64,000 nucleotides of DNA from an uncultured Rikenellaceae bacterium (GTDB taxonomy: Bacteria; Bacteroidota; Bacteroidia; Bacteroidales; VadinHA17). The position numbers were made by a program, and so were the translations under genes. The stretch lies in the NCBI GenBank assembly GCA_964613785.1, contig CAZTJT010000007.1, positions 64,153 to 128,152 of the forward strand, given 5' to 3'. Positions 46,620 through 55,383 of this stretch are shown here, in pieces; position 1 is the first letter of the stretch; each line of letters starts with the position of its first letter. Below the pieces are notes generated by a model. That model made no database searches, was not told the DNA's origin, and saw only the letters and a program-made list of their open reading frames with translations.

Positions 46620-47443
46620 ATAAGAGGATATTTCTGTTTACGGCATTACAGTTGTTGTTCCTGATCCTGCTGCTGAGATGTAATGAAGTCTCAGCTCAGG
46701 AATTTCCTGAAAAACCCGTGCCTCCTAGGCTGGTAAATGATTTTGCCGGGATGCTCACTGCCATTGAAGCTGATGCCCTTGAAAACAAGCTTGTTGCATA
46801 TTATGACTCCACATCCACACAGATATCAATAGTTACAGTTACCGATTTTCATGGTTACGACAGGTCGGATTATGCACAGCGACTTGCAGAGAAATGGGGT
46901 ATTGGCCAGAGAGGACTTGATAATGGTATTCTGATACTTATAAAACCAAAGACATCAGAAAACTCGAGAGGCGAAGTATTTATTGCACCAGGTTACGGAC
47001 TTGAAAGTGTAGTCCCTGACATCGTTTGTGCACAGATCATTGACAATGAGATTCTTCCGGCATTCAGAGCCGGTGCGTATTATCAGGGCCTTGACAGGGC
47101 AACAAACATCCTCATGTCGCTGGCAAGCGGTGAGTTTCCTCCCGATAAGTACGGAAAATCACAGGTTGACAATATTGAAGGTCTGGCTCCGATAATAATA
47201 TTTATTGTTTTCATTATACTCATTATGGTAATCCGCAGCAACGGAGGATCAAATCAGAGACATATAAGCCGCAAAGGATTGCCTTTATGGATCCTTTTAT
47301 CGATGATGAATTCGGGCAGCAGTTCACACCGGGGAAGCTGGGGAGGATTTTCCGGAGGCGGAGGATTCAGCAGGGGAGGAGGCGGTTTTGGAGGATTTGG
47401 AGGCGGAAGCTTTGGAGGAGGTGGAGCAGGAGGAAGCTGGTGA
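46616..47443 (+). CDS. TPM-domain protein (YgcG-like) with a TM helix and Gly-rich tail
   Basis: 275-aa ORF with a 4-nt overlap on the preceding gene. It has a signal peptide, a TPM core (VTVTDFHGYDRSDYAQRLAEKWGIG), a TM helix and a GGGGFGGFGGGSFGGGGAGG tail. Confidence 0.75.
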   Translation: MNKRIFLFTALQLLFLILLLRCNEVSAQEFPEKPVPPRLVNDFAGMLTAIEADALENKLVAYYDSTSTQISIVTVTDFHGYDRSDYAQRLAEKWGIGQRGLDNGILILIKPKTSENSRGEVFIAPGYGLESVVPDIVCAQIIDNEILPAFRAGAYYQGLDRATNILMSLASGEFPPDKYGKSQVDNIEGLAPIIIFIVFIILIMVIRSNGGSNQRHISRKGLPLWILLSMMNSGSSSHRGSWGGFSGGGGFSRGGGGFGGFGGGSFGGGGAGGSW

Positions 47444-47450
47444 GAGAGGT

Positions 47451-47579
47451 GCAGGGCACAGGACGAGACAGGGCGCAAGGCACCTGACTCCAGGCGCCAG
47501 GTGCCAGGCGCAGGGCAGAGCTCTGTGCAAAAGCGATAGATCTGGCTACAAATATTTTCGTTCGCCTGTGCCCTGCGCC
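47451..47579. repeat. GC-rich heptamer-phased element with two alternative 11-bp perfect pairings
   Basis: In-phase heptamers run from 47472 to 47520: GGCGCAA GGCACCT GACTCCA GGCGCCA GGTGCCA GGCGCAG GGCAGAG. CAGGGCACAGG (47452-47462) and GGCGCAGGGCA (47507-47517) are each perfectly complementary to overlapping parts of CCTGTGCCCTGCGCC (47565-47579). The palindrome CAGAGCTCTG sits at 47516-47525. The element fills the convergent gap between the TPM gene and rluD. Confidence 0.8.
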
Positions 47580-47604
47580 ATGAGCCTGACGCCTTTTTCA
47601 GACT

Positions 47605-48630
47605 TCAGCCTCTGTCAGAAACATAGTTTCTCCATTTTGCAATAACCTGCTGCATGTCGTCAGGGAGTACTGAGTCGAATGTCATCCTTTTCCCTGATAC
47701 AGGATGGTCAAAACTGAGTGATTTGGCATGAAGGGCCTGCCGCGGAAGTATTTTAAAGCAGTTTTTCACGAACTGCTTATATTTGGCAAAGGTTGTTCCC
47801 TTAAGGATCTCATTTCCTCCGTATTCGTCGTCATTAAACAATGGATGGCGTATAAAGCTGAAATGCACCCTTATCTGGTGTGTACGACCTGTTTCAAGCT
47901 TGCATTCGACTACTGAAACATATCCAAAATTTTCAAGAACTCTGTAATGAGTTACCGCCGGCTTCCCCTGGCTGCCGTCGGGAAAAACCTGCATGATCTT
48001 CCTGTCGCGCAGATTCCTTCCCACATTGCCTGTAATGGTGCCTTCAGGTGGATCAGGAACACCCCATATTATAGCGATATACTTCCGGTCGGTTGTCCTT
48101 TCATAAAACTGGCGGGATAACCTGTTGAGGGCAAGTTCATTCTTGGCAACCACAAGAATGCCGGAAGTGTTCTTGTCGATCCTGTGCACCAATCCAGGCC
48201 TTAATTCTCCTGTACTGAACAGGGGCAGATCTTTAAAATGCCACATCAGGGCATTTACCAGGGTTCCGGTATAATTACCATAAGCCGGGTGAACAACCAT
48301 ACCGGCCTCTTTATTCACCACAACTATATCATCATCTTCATAAACGATATTGACAGGCAGGTTCTCAGGGATAAGTTCTATTTCCCTGGGAGGTGTTGGA
48401 AGCACTATCTGGACAACATCTCCTGGTTTGACCCTGTAGTTGGGTTTTACGGGAGTATTGTTGACTAATATATTGCCGGCATTGGCTGCACCCTGTATCC
48501 TGGTACGCGATGTGTTTTCAATTCTGGCTGAAAGATATTTGTCGATCCTAAGCAACGATTGTCCGGGATCGACAACATACCTGAAATGTTCGAATAATTC
48601 CTGCTGGTCGGTTAATTCTTCTTCAGCCAT
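47605..48630 (-). CDS. rluD: RluA-family 23S rRNA pseudouridine synthase (RluD-type)
   Basis: 341-aa ORF with an N-terminal S4 domain. The catalytic block is HRIDKNTSGILVVAK. Confidence 0.9.
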   Translation of the reverse strand: MAEEELTDQQELFEHFRYVVDPGQSLLRIDKYLSARIENTSRTRIQGAANAGNILVNNTPVKPNYRVKPGDVVQIVLPTPPREIELIPENLPVNIVYEDDDIVVVNKEAGMVVHPAYGNYTGTLVNALMWHFKDLPLFSTGELRPGLVHRIDKNTSGILVVAKNELALNRLSRQFYERTTDRKYIAIIWGVPDPPEGTITGNVGRNLRDRKIMQVFPDGSQGKPAVTHYRVLENFGYVSVVECKLETGRTHQIRVHFSFIRHPLFNDDEYGGNEILKGTTFAKYKQFVKNCFKILPRQALHAKSLSFDHPVSGKRMTFDSVLPDDMQQVIAKWRNYVSDRG

Positions 48631-48637
48631 CAGGGTA

Positions 48638-50497
48638 CTATCTGTTTATAACCAGTCTCAAATGCCCCACCGGTCTGTTGTTTATTGTTGCCAAAACAGT
48701 ATAGATGCCAGCTTTGAGCGTCGAGACATCTATTCTTTCGCTATAAGGAACTTTCATGACATGCCGGCCCCACAGATCAACAATTGTAATGTAGGCTGAA
48801 CCGGAGAGCTTAAGGTCTTCTGCCCCGATATTAATAAAATCAGTTGCAGGATTGGGCCATAACCTCAATCTTGATTTTGTCTCTTCGTCTGGATAACTAT
48901 CTCCAGATGAAGTAGTCTTCACAGGCTTGCCTGTAACAGGTCTTATCATAACGCTTCCTGCTACAAGTGACTGATACCATTGTCCGTTGAGCCAGTAAAA
49001 CTGCCTGCCCTTATGTGGTGTATTGATATCAAAACCTGCGTTAAGGAAAGTCTCCGAACGTTGCTTCCAGCCTACATAAAAAACATCATCGACCATTACT
49101 CCGTCGGGAAGTATATAAGTATGAAATCCGTTTATTCCTTCGCCCTGCTCAACCATAACTCCTTCCATGGTATAGATTATGTCACCCGGCATATCGTTTT
49201 TATCATTCCACACAACAATATCAAACGACCGGAGGTTACTGTTCAGATAACTATCGTTGAAACAGATTTTTACAGCGCGCAGAGTGTCTTGCATATAGGA
49301 TTTGAACCTGTAAGCCACCATGGCATTTTTGGAACCCAGGCCGTTTATTCCGTAACCTCCTTCAGATGTGCCGTCGTCGAATGCAAAGTAGTTGCTGAAA
49401 ACCTGATTATATTTAATAGTGTCATTTTCTTTGCGGTCGAAATCATCGGTTATCAGATAACAGGTAATTCGGAAAAGTGCCGAATCGGTGGTATTGGTAT
49501 TGAAAGTATAAATCAGACCTGCATTGTAAGTGATATTTGTCTGTGGATCGATATTTGCTGCCCCGGCTGAGAATGTATGGGTGGTCGTTCTCCTGTAAAC
49601 ATCATAAATTGTAAAGTTACGTGTTACGTTCCTCACAATAATATCGTTATTTCTGTAATTTATAGGGATTGAGGCTCCCATTTCCTGAAGAAAGACCTGC
49701 CTGAATTGCATCCATGGCATCGATTCATGAGTTTTAAGTATCGATCTCAGGGGTGCCCGGAAAGCTACATCGGCAAGGATTGTGTCAGCTTCGCTTCTGT
49801 TTCTGCCCAAATAAACATAATCAATATGCCAGTGGTCGCAGTTTCCCACTATGGAAGGTTCATTGAGATTGGGGTTAAGACTTGCCCAGTTTATAAACCT
49901 GAATCTGAATCCGCTTCTGAGGTACCTGGCATTGTCAATCCTTATTATAACAGGTTTGAACCTGTCCTGTGCAACACCCCCGCCAGCCTTCCAGACTGAA
50001 TACCACGTGGCTTCTGATGGTGCATAGAACTGAAGGGTAAGGCTGTCTTTATTCTCAGGCATATCTCCCAGTCCTCCCGGCTGATAATAGAAGCTGAGCC
50101 AGATGTTGTCTGAAGCCCGGTAATTAAGGTTTATCGGGTTAGAGGTAAGATGATCAGCTTCGAAGCCCGAAGGGTTGATTGTCTCATACAGACGTCCATC
50201 ACCGTTGATGGCATCAAATGTAGCAACACCTTTTGTGATCTGTTTATCGGTATAGGTGCTGTTGATGAAAACGTCGTTGTCACTCCATTTCCGGGGGTCA
50301 GGAAAATATGAGTCCTGCGAAAAATCATCGATAAATGGCAGCTCAATGATGTCACCGTCTGCTTTGGTTGCATTTGCCAGATTCTTGTTGCCTTTTATCA
50401 GGGGATTCACCTGAAGTCCGGTTACCAGCTCCTGGGCTTCAGTAGGCAATGATGCTGAAATCAGGATTATGATATAGATGATCTTCTTTCTTATCAT
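48638..50497 (-). CDS. Secreted protein with a T9SS C-terminal sorting domain, N-terminal region unknown
   Basis: 619-aa ORF with a signal peptide. The C-terminus LRLWPNPATDFINIGAED...GIYTVLATINNRPVGHLRLVI is a type A T9SS CTD pattern. It overlaps the PASTA gene stop by 4 nt. Confidence 0.7.
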   Translation of the reverse strand: MIRKKIIYIIILISASLPTEAQELVTGLQVNPLIKGNKNLANATKADGDIIELPFIDDFSQDSYFPDPRKWSDNDVFINSTYTDKQITKGVATFDAINGDGRLYETINPSGFEADHLTSNPINLNYRASDNIWLSFYYQPGGLGDMPENKDSLTLQFYAPSEATWYSVWKAGGGVAQDRFKPVIIRIDNARYLRSGFRFRFINWASLNPNLNEPSIVGNCDHWHIDYVYLGRNRSEADTILADVAFRAPLRSILKTHESMPWMQFRQVFLQEMGASIPINYRNNDIIVRNVTRNFTIYDVYRRTTTHTFSAGAANIDPQTNITYNAGLIYTFNTNTTDSALFRITCYLITDDFDRKENDTIKYNQVFSNYFAFDDGTSEGGYGINGLGSKNAMVAYRFKSYMQDTLRAVKICFNDSYLNSNLRSFDIVVWNDKNDMPGDIIYTMEGVMVEQGEGINGFHTYILPDGVMVDDVFYVGWKQRSETFLNAGFDINTPHKGRQFYWLNGQWYQSLVAGSVMIRPVTGKPVKTTSSGDSYPDEETKSRLRLWPNPATDFINIGAEDLKLSGSAYITIVDLWGRHVMKVPYSERIDVSTLKAGIYTVLATINNRPVGHLRLVINR

Positions 50498-51375
50498 CTG
50501 TAATCTGGCTGTCCTGAAAGCAATTCAGGGATGGTATCGTTTGCAAATCGTGTTGAATCACTTGGAAGTTTCGCAGAATCTACGGTTAGCCAAAGGTAAA
50601 CTGATGAACCAAGCTGAATTGTGGCATCAACTTTAAATTCAGGATTCTGTTTGTAGACAAAAGCCTTAACGGAATCTTCACCGGTCAGAATGGTATTGTC
50701 ATAAATTGATGTTACCAGAGTCAAAGATGCTCCCAGAATGGTGTTTTTGGCTGCCTCAAGAGTCAGTCCTATAAGGTCTGGGACCTCGGTTCTCTGGTTG
50801 CTCAGCCCTTTCCCCAGCACCAGGTCTATTACAGAACCTTTTTGCAGCGAATCTCCTTCCATAATCTCCTTGCCGTTGTAAAGCTGCTTGATCACAACAT
50901 CTATTGAAATATCGGGAATGTATATTGGATTCCCCATTTTAAGCCCGGAGCTTTCAATTAGGGCAAGAGCCTGTCTTTTGGGCAGATTAACAAGATTTGG
51001 CACGGCAACCATTTCAGGATTGAAGGCGTTGATTGTAAGCATAATGTTCCTCCACTTCTTTACCCTGAAGCCTGGTTTGGGATTCTGTTCTGCTATGCAG
51101 CCACGGGGAACCTCTGAGGTGTAAATGGAGTCGATGATCTGAAATCTTAATTTATTCTTTTTTGCAAGATTTTCAGCCTGATCGCGTGTAAGTCCATAAA
51201 AATCAGGCACAGGCCGGCTCTGGCCGTGACGGGTATAGAAATTCATCCAGATCAGAAGTATCATCATGGTGGCTACTATGATTACTGCAGCCAATCCCAG
51301 GTGTTTAAGGAATGTTTTGCTGAGGATAAAGTTCTTAAGACCCATACCGTGACCAGATGTAAGTTTATAACGCAA
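50494..51375 (-). CDS. PASTA-domain membrane protein
   Basis: 293-aa ORF with one TM helix followed by three PASTA-like repeats (VPDFYGLT, VPNLVNLP, VPDLIGLT). Confidence 0.8.
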   Translation of the reverse strand: MRYKLTSGHGMGLKNFILSKTFLKHLGLAAVIIVATMMILLIWMNFYTRHGQSRPVPDFYGLTRDQAENLAKKNKLRFQIIDSIYTSEVPRGCIAEQNPKPGFRVKKWRNIMLTINAFNPEMVAVPNLVNLPKRQALALIESSGLKMGNPIYIPDISIDVVIKQLYNGKEIMEGDSLQKGSVIDLVLGKGLSNQRTEVPDLIGLTLEAAKNTILGASLTLVTSIYDNTILTGEDSVKAFVYKQNPEFKVDATIQLGSSVYLWLTVDSAKLPSDSTRFANDTIPELLSGQPDYR

Positions 51376-52480
51376 ATGTAGTTATAAAATTATAAAGAGA
51401 GTCCCTTTCAACCGGTGTGAATCCGGCATCCTTTATCAAGTTGCAGATCTCATCTGTAGACATCTCAGGATTCCTTTCCTCAGCACCGGCCATTGAGTAT
51501 ATCCTCGTTGTGTCATCAATTGTTCCGTCAAGGTCGTCGGTGCCAAAAAAAAGACTCAGCTGTGCAAGCTCCTTACCTGTCATTGGCCAGTATGCCTTTA
51601 AATGAGGAATATTATCGAGGTAGATCCTGGCTACGGCATAATTCCTGAGATCTTCTGCTATACTTACCTCTCCCAGATGCGACATTGAATTATTCTCTTT
51701 CTTGTATTTAAGGGGTATGAATGCATTGAATCCTTTTGTTTTATCCTGTAACTTGCGAAGTCTCTCCATATGGTCGATCCTGTGAGCATACGTTTCTATA
51801 TGTCCGTAAAGGATTGTGGCATTTGAAGGGATTCCTGCAAAATGAGCAGTTTCATGTATCTTAAGCCATCTTTCTGAGGATGTTTTTTCTGGACAGATAA
51901 CTTCCCTTATCTTTTCGTCAAATATTTCGGCTCCTCCTCCAGGTATGGAATCAAGTCCATATTCCTTCAATTGCCTTAGTCCGTCTTCAAGGGAATAACC
52001 GTTTTTCCTGATCATGTAGTCGAGTTCAATGGCTGAAAACGCCTTTACATGGAGATGTGGACGGTAATTCTTTATTTTCCTGATAAGTGTGCCGTAATAA
52101 TGAAGATCGTGATCAGGATGAACTCCTCCTACTATATGAACTTCTTTAACCGGTTTGTCGTCAAATCTTTTTACTGTTTCAAGCATCTGGTCATGACTGA
52201 ATTCCCAGCTTTCCGGATGACCTGAAGGCTTGTGATATGAGCAGAACCTGCAATTGTAAATGCATTTATTCGTTGGTTCAATATGGAAATTCCTGATGAA
52301 AAAAGCATTCTCACCATTAATTCTTCTTCTGACAACTCCTGCAAGCAGGCCAAGAAGAGGAAGAGTTGCTTTCTGATATAGTATCAGCCCATCCTCAGGT
52401 GAAATTCGTTTCCCTTCATCGATCTTTTCTGAGATCTTAAGCAGCTCAGCGTCATTTATATATCTTTCCGGATTGATCAT
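51365..52480 (-). CDS. Radical SAM enzyme of the CofH/MqnC/MqnE family (futalosine-route menaquinone biosynthesis type)
   Basis: 371-aa ORF with the CIYNCRFCSY cluster and VHIVGGVHPD. I cannot tell MqnE from MqnC by eye. Confidence 0.7.
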   Translation of the reverse strand: MINPERYINDAELLKISEKIDEGKRISPEDGLILYQKATLPLLGLLAGVVRRRINGENAFFIRNFHIEPTNKCIYNCRFCSYHKPSGHPESWEFSHDQMLETVKRFDDKPVKEVHIVGGVHPDHDLHYYGTLIRKIKNYRPHLHVKAFSAIELDYMIRKNGYSLEDGLRQLKEYGLDSIPGGGAEIFDEKIREVICPEKTSSERWLKIHETAHFAGIPSNATILYGHIETYAHRIDHMERLRKLQDKTKGFNAFIPLKYKKENNSMSHLGEVSIAEDLRNYAVARIYLDNIPHLKAYWPMTGKELAQLSLFFGTDDLDGTIDDTTRIYSMAGAEERNPEMSTDEICNLIKDAGFTPVERDSLYNFITTFAL

Positions 52481-52565
52481 TCACTTTTCGGTTCTGCAAA
52501 ATTAGCAATTTCTTTGTCAGCCGCGTGGGAAGCATAACTATAAATTCGCATTTGATTCTAAAAGG

Positions 52566-52596
52566 AAAAAAAAAAGGTGTCATGGGCAGACACCTT
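52566..52596 (-). terminator. Intrinsic terminator of rpmH
   Basis: On the minus strand, 30 nt after the rpmH stop: AAGGTGTC-TGCCCAT-GACACCTT. This is an 8-bp stem (52574-52581 / 52589-52596) with a 7-nt loop, followed by a run of T's. Confidence 0.65.
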
Positions 52597-52626
52597 CTCA
52601 GAAATACTATAAGATAATTCCTGAAT

Positions 52627-52782
52627 TTATTTTAATTTCAATTCCGAAGAGACAGTTAGTCTTTTTCTCCCCTTCGCCCTGCGGGATGCCAGAACCCTTC
52701 TTCCGTTCGGTGTGGACATTCTTTCTCTGAAACCATGTTTGTTTGCTCTTTTTCTCCTTGATGGCTGAAATGTCCTTTTCAT
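52627..52782 (-). CDS. rpmH: 50S ribosomal protein L34
   Basis: 51-aa ORF below the track's size cutoff. Its translation is [51 protein letters not shown], the canonical L34 sequence. The track's 52607..52825 ORF is a different frame of the same strand. Confidence 0.9.
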   Translation of the reverse strand: MKRTFQPSRRKRANKHGFRERMSTPNGRRVLASRRAKGRKRLTVSSELKLK

Positions 52783-52831
52783 GACTGAAGTTGTTTAATA
52801 TTTTTTTGATAATTGGCGACCGCAAAAATAG

Positions 52832-53497
52832 TCATTTTTTTAATTTCTGCAACGCCGGATATTTTTTTGTGCTTAAAACCGGAATATAAATGATCTTTTT
52901 TGTTTCAAAGAAAGGTTCACTGAAAAATTCTTTTATTTCCCATACTTTTACCTCTTTGCCGAAAGGTCTGATCTCCTTATCAATATCTCCTCCCTTGAGA
53001 TAAATGATACCATTTGCCAGACTGTTATTGCATGTGGGGCTGACATTCTTGCCTGCTAGTTTTATAAAGCCTGGAAGATCCATAACGGCCCTGCTCACAA
53101 CAAAATCAAATTTCCCTTTTTCTTCTTCGGCCCTCTTTCTAATGACAGTCACATTTTCAAGACCAAGTTTTTCAACCACTGCATTGACAACCCTGGTTTT
53201 TTTTTCGATGGAATCAAGCAGAAAAAAGGAGGAATCTTGAAACATTATTGCCAATGGAATTCCCGGGAATCCTCCACCTGTTCCCACATCAAGAATTCTC
53301 GTCCCTGCGCTGAACCGGATTATTTTCGCAATTGAGAGGGAATGCAGAACATGATTGATATAGAAATTGCCCATATCTTTACGTGAGATAAGGTTTATCA
53401 TGCTGTTCCAGTATTTGTAAATTTCCAAAAGGCTGAAAAATCTGTCTTTCTGGAGTGCTGTTAAACTGGGAAAATATCGGATGATTTCCAGATCCAC
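52832..53497 (-). CDS. rsmG: 16S rRNA (guanine527-N7)-methyltransferase
   Basis: 221-aa ORF with a GTG start overlapping the sigma-factor stop by 1 nt. It has the SAM motif LDVGTGGGFPGIPLAI and an RsmG/GidB-like N-terminus IIRYFPSLTALQKDRF. Confidence 0.85.
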   Translation of the reverse strand: MDLEIIRYFPSLTALQKDRFFSLLEIYKYWNSMINLISRKDMGNFYINHVLHSLSIAKIIRFSAGTRILDVGTGGGFPGIPLAIMFQDSSFFLLDSIEKKTRVVNAVVEKLGLENVTVIRKRAEEEKGKFDFVVSRAVMDLPGFIKLAGKNVSPTCNNSLANGIIYLKGGDIDKEIRPFGKEVKVWEIKEFFSEPFFETKKIIYIPVLSTKKYPALQKLKK

Positions 53498-54096
53498 TAT
53501 CTGTTGCCTGTTTTGATGAAAATGTTATAAAGCAGCGATTTTGCCCTGAAAAGCTGTGCTTTGACAGTCCCAATAGGAAGGTTTAGTTCCGAAGCAATCT
53601 CTTCGTATGAGTATTCCTTATAGTATCTGAGTTCAATAAGCTTACGGTATCGGGGCTTTAGCTGATTTACAATACTTCGCAGTACTGCAATCTTCTGGTC
53701 GTTTATAAGAGCTTCTTCAGGATCGGGAAGATCTGACTGAATGTTCCTTGTAATCGAATCAAGATCATCCTGCACCTGATCGATTGTTGATGGTGATGAT
53801 TGTTTTTTCCTTATGAAATCGATGCAGTTGTTTGTAGCTATCTTGAAAAGCCATGTGCTGAAAGCAAATTCAGGGGTATATGATTCAAGATTTCGGAAAG
53901 CTTTACCGAAAGCTTCAATGGTAAGGTCTTCAGCATCTGAAATGTTATTTACCATTTTCAGAAGCATGAAATAAATAGAATCGCGGTACCGGTTCATCAG
54001 AGTAGCAAAAGCCTTTTCATTCCCTTTCTTTGCCAGATCAACAAGGAGAAGGTCGTTCTTTGCCTTTTCCGATAGCCCGTTTAGAGTTATTTCCAT
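53497..54096 (-). CDS. ECF-type RNA polymerase sigma-70 factor
   Basis: 199-aa ORF. Region 2 includes FSTWLFKIATNNCIDFIRK. Region 4 is the HTH YSYEEIASELNLPIGTVKAQLFRAK. Confidence 0.85.
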   Translation of the reverse strand: MEITLNGLSEKAKNDLLLVDLAKKGNEKAFATLMNRYRDSIYFMLLKMVNNISDAEDLTIEAFGKAFRNLESYTPEFAFSTWLFKIATNNCIDFIRKKQSSPSTIDQVQDDLDSITRNIQSDLPDPEEALINDQKIAVLRSIVNQLKPRYRKLIELRYYKEYSYEEIASELNLPIGTVKAQLFRAKSLLYNIFIKTGNR

Positions 54097-55292
54097 TGGT
54101 TCTTCCCTTGACTCTGCAGGTAATTGCTCATGTAAAACGCTAAGTTCAGAAATGGAGAGAATATATCAAAAAATACAGAAAAGATAAATATTCCCGGTTC
54201 ATTAAACCGCTTTGTGGCAAGTTTTATTGTGAAGGACTGCAATATTAGCCTTACAGTGAAAACTAAAGCAGTATACTGCCACAGGTATGACCAGGAAATA
54301 AGAATAACAAATGATATATAAAACAGTGTTCTTGTTACCGGTTCTGTAAAAAGGATTATCCTGTCGCGCAACTTATAGTGGTTTGCAGTTGTAAGATGCC
54401 TTCTTTTCTGATTGAAGAGTTCGGTAAACGAGGATGCTGGTACAGATCTTGTATGTGTCTCCCTCCGTATTTCTACAGCAGTATTTTGCTTGTTGGCAAG
54501 CTGGTTGACAAACAGATCATCGTCTCCTGATACAATATTGGAATGTGAGCCAAACCCTTTGTTTTTGAAAAATACCGACCGTCTGTATGCCAGATTGCGC
54601 CCAACGCCCATGTATGGTATTCCACGCAGTGCCATACCGGTATACTGCAGGGCAATCATCATGGTATCATACCGGATATACCTGTTAAGAATTCCCTTTC
54701 TGACTTCATAGCCTCCATAGCCAAGTACAAAATCAGTATTCTCATTAAAATGAGATACCATACCTTCTGCCCATTTGTCAGTTTCAGCATGACAATCAGC
54801 ATCGGTAAAAAGTAAAAGTTCATTCTTCGCAGCCTTTATCCCGATAAACTGCGCGAACTTTTTGTTGTGAGTAAACTTGGGATCCCTGCTTATATCGCAG
54901 ACTCTGAGACATGGATATCGTTGCAGAAATTCTCCAAGAACGCTGTAAGAATTATCCTCTGAACAATCATTTACCACTATCACTTCAAATGCAGGATAAT
55001 CCTGCTCAAGAACCGAAGGGAGGAACTTCCTCAGATTATCCTCTTCATTCCTTGCACAGATAATGATTGAGACAGGTTTATGATCATGAGAATTATTGAC
55101 TTTGCGGTGGAGCCCCGCTTTAAGATAAAAAAAAGCATAGAAAAATATCTGGATAGCAGCCGATGATATAAACACAATAAAAACAATGTTGAAGATGAAG
55201 TTTTCCCGGAGTAACATCTGGCTTGAAAATATTGACCGCAATATTAATAAGATAATCTGAATGCAAAAAGACACTGCTGAAATATCAATCAT
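54087..55292 (-). CDS. Membrane glycosyltransferase family 2
   Basis: The ORF is open to 55439, but that start would overlap the divergent tgt start. ATG 55292 gives ~401 aa; ATG 55340 is also possible. The GT2 block is VSIIICARNEEDNLRKFLPSVLEQDYPAFEVIVVNDCSEDNS, and TDADC holds the DxD. Confidence 0.7.
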   Translation of the reverse strand: MIDISAVSFCIQIILLILRSIFSSQMLLRENFIFNIVFIVFISSAAIQIFFYAFFYLKAGLHRKVNNSHDHKPVSIIICARNEEDNLRKFLPSVLEQDYPAFEVIVVNDCSEDNSYSVLGEFLQRYPCLRVCDISRDPKFTHNKKFAQFIGIKAAKNELLLFTDADCHAETDKWAEGMVSHFNENTDFVLGYGGYEVRKGILNRYIRYDTMMIALQYTGMALRGIPYMGVGRNLAYRRSVFFKNKGFGSHSNIVSGDDDLFVNQLANKQNTAVEIRRETHTRSVPASSFTELFNQKRRHLTTANHYKLRDRIILFTEPVTRTLFYISFVILISWSYLWQYTALVFTVRLILQSFTIKLATKRFNEPGIFIFSVFFDIFSPFLNLAFYMSNYLQSQGKNQWK

Positions 55293-55383
55293 TAATTTGT
55301 CAACCGCTTCAAAAAAGTTAATATTAATTTTACAGGGCATGACTAATGAATTACCTTTGTCGTTCCAAAACGGCAGGAATCTA

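Noticed and set aside
32798-47579. Could the short tandem arrays (32798, 42546, 45188, 47472) be CRISPR arrays?
   Set aside because: The units are 7-12 bp and directly abutting, with no unique spacers. The arrays are under 100 bp, and no cas genes are present.
47254-47645. Four overlapping ORFs on both strands (47254..47478-, 47287..47487+, 47324..47530-, 47388..47645+)
   Set aside because: They arise from the Gly-codon run at the end of the TPM gene and from the GC-rich heptamer repeat. Pro/Arg/Gly/Ala low-complexity translations are the expected artefact.
52607-52825. 72-aa minus-strand ORF from the track
   Set aside because: A different frame of the same strand encodes canonical ribosomal protein L34 (52627..52782). 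The 72-aa product has no protein-like features.
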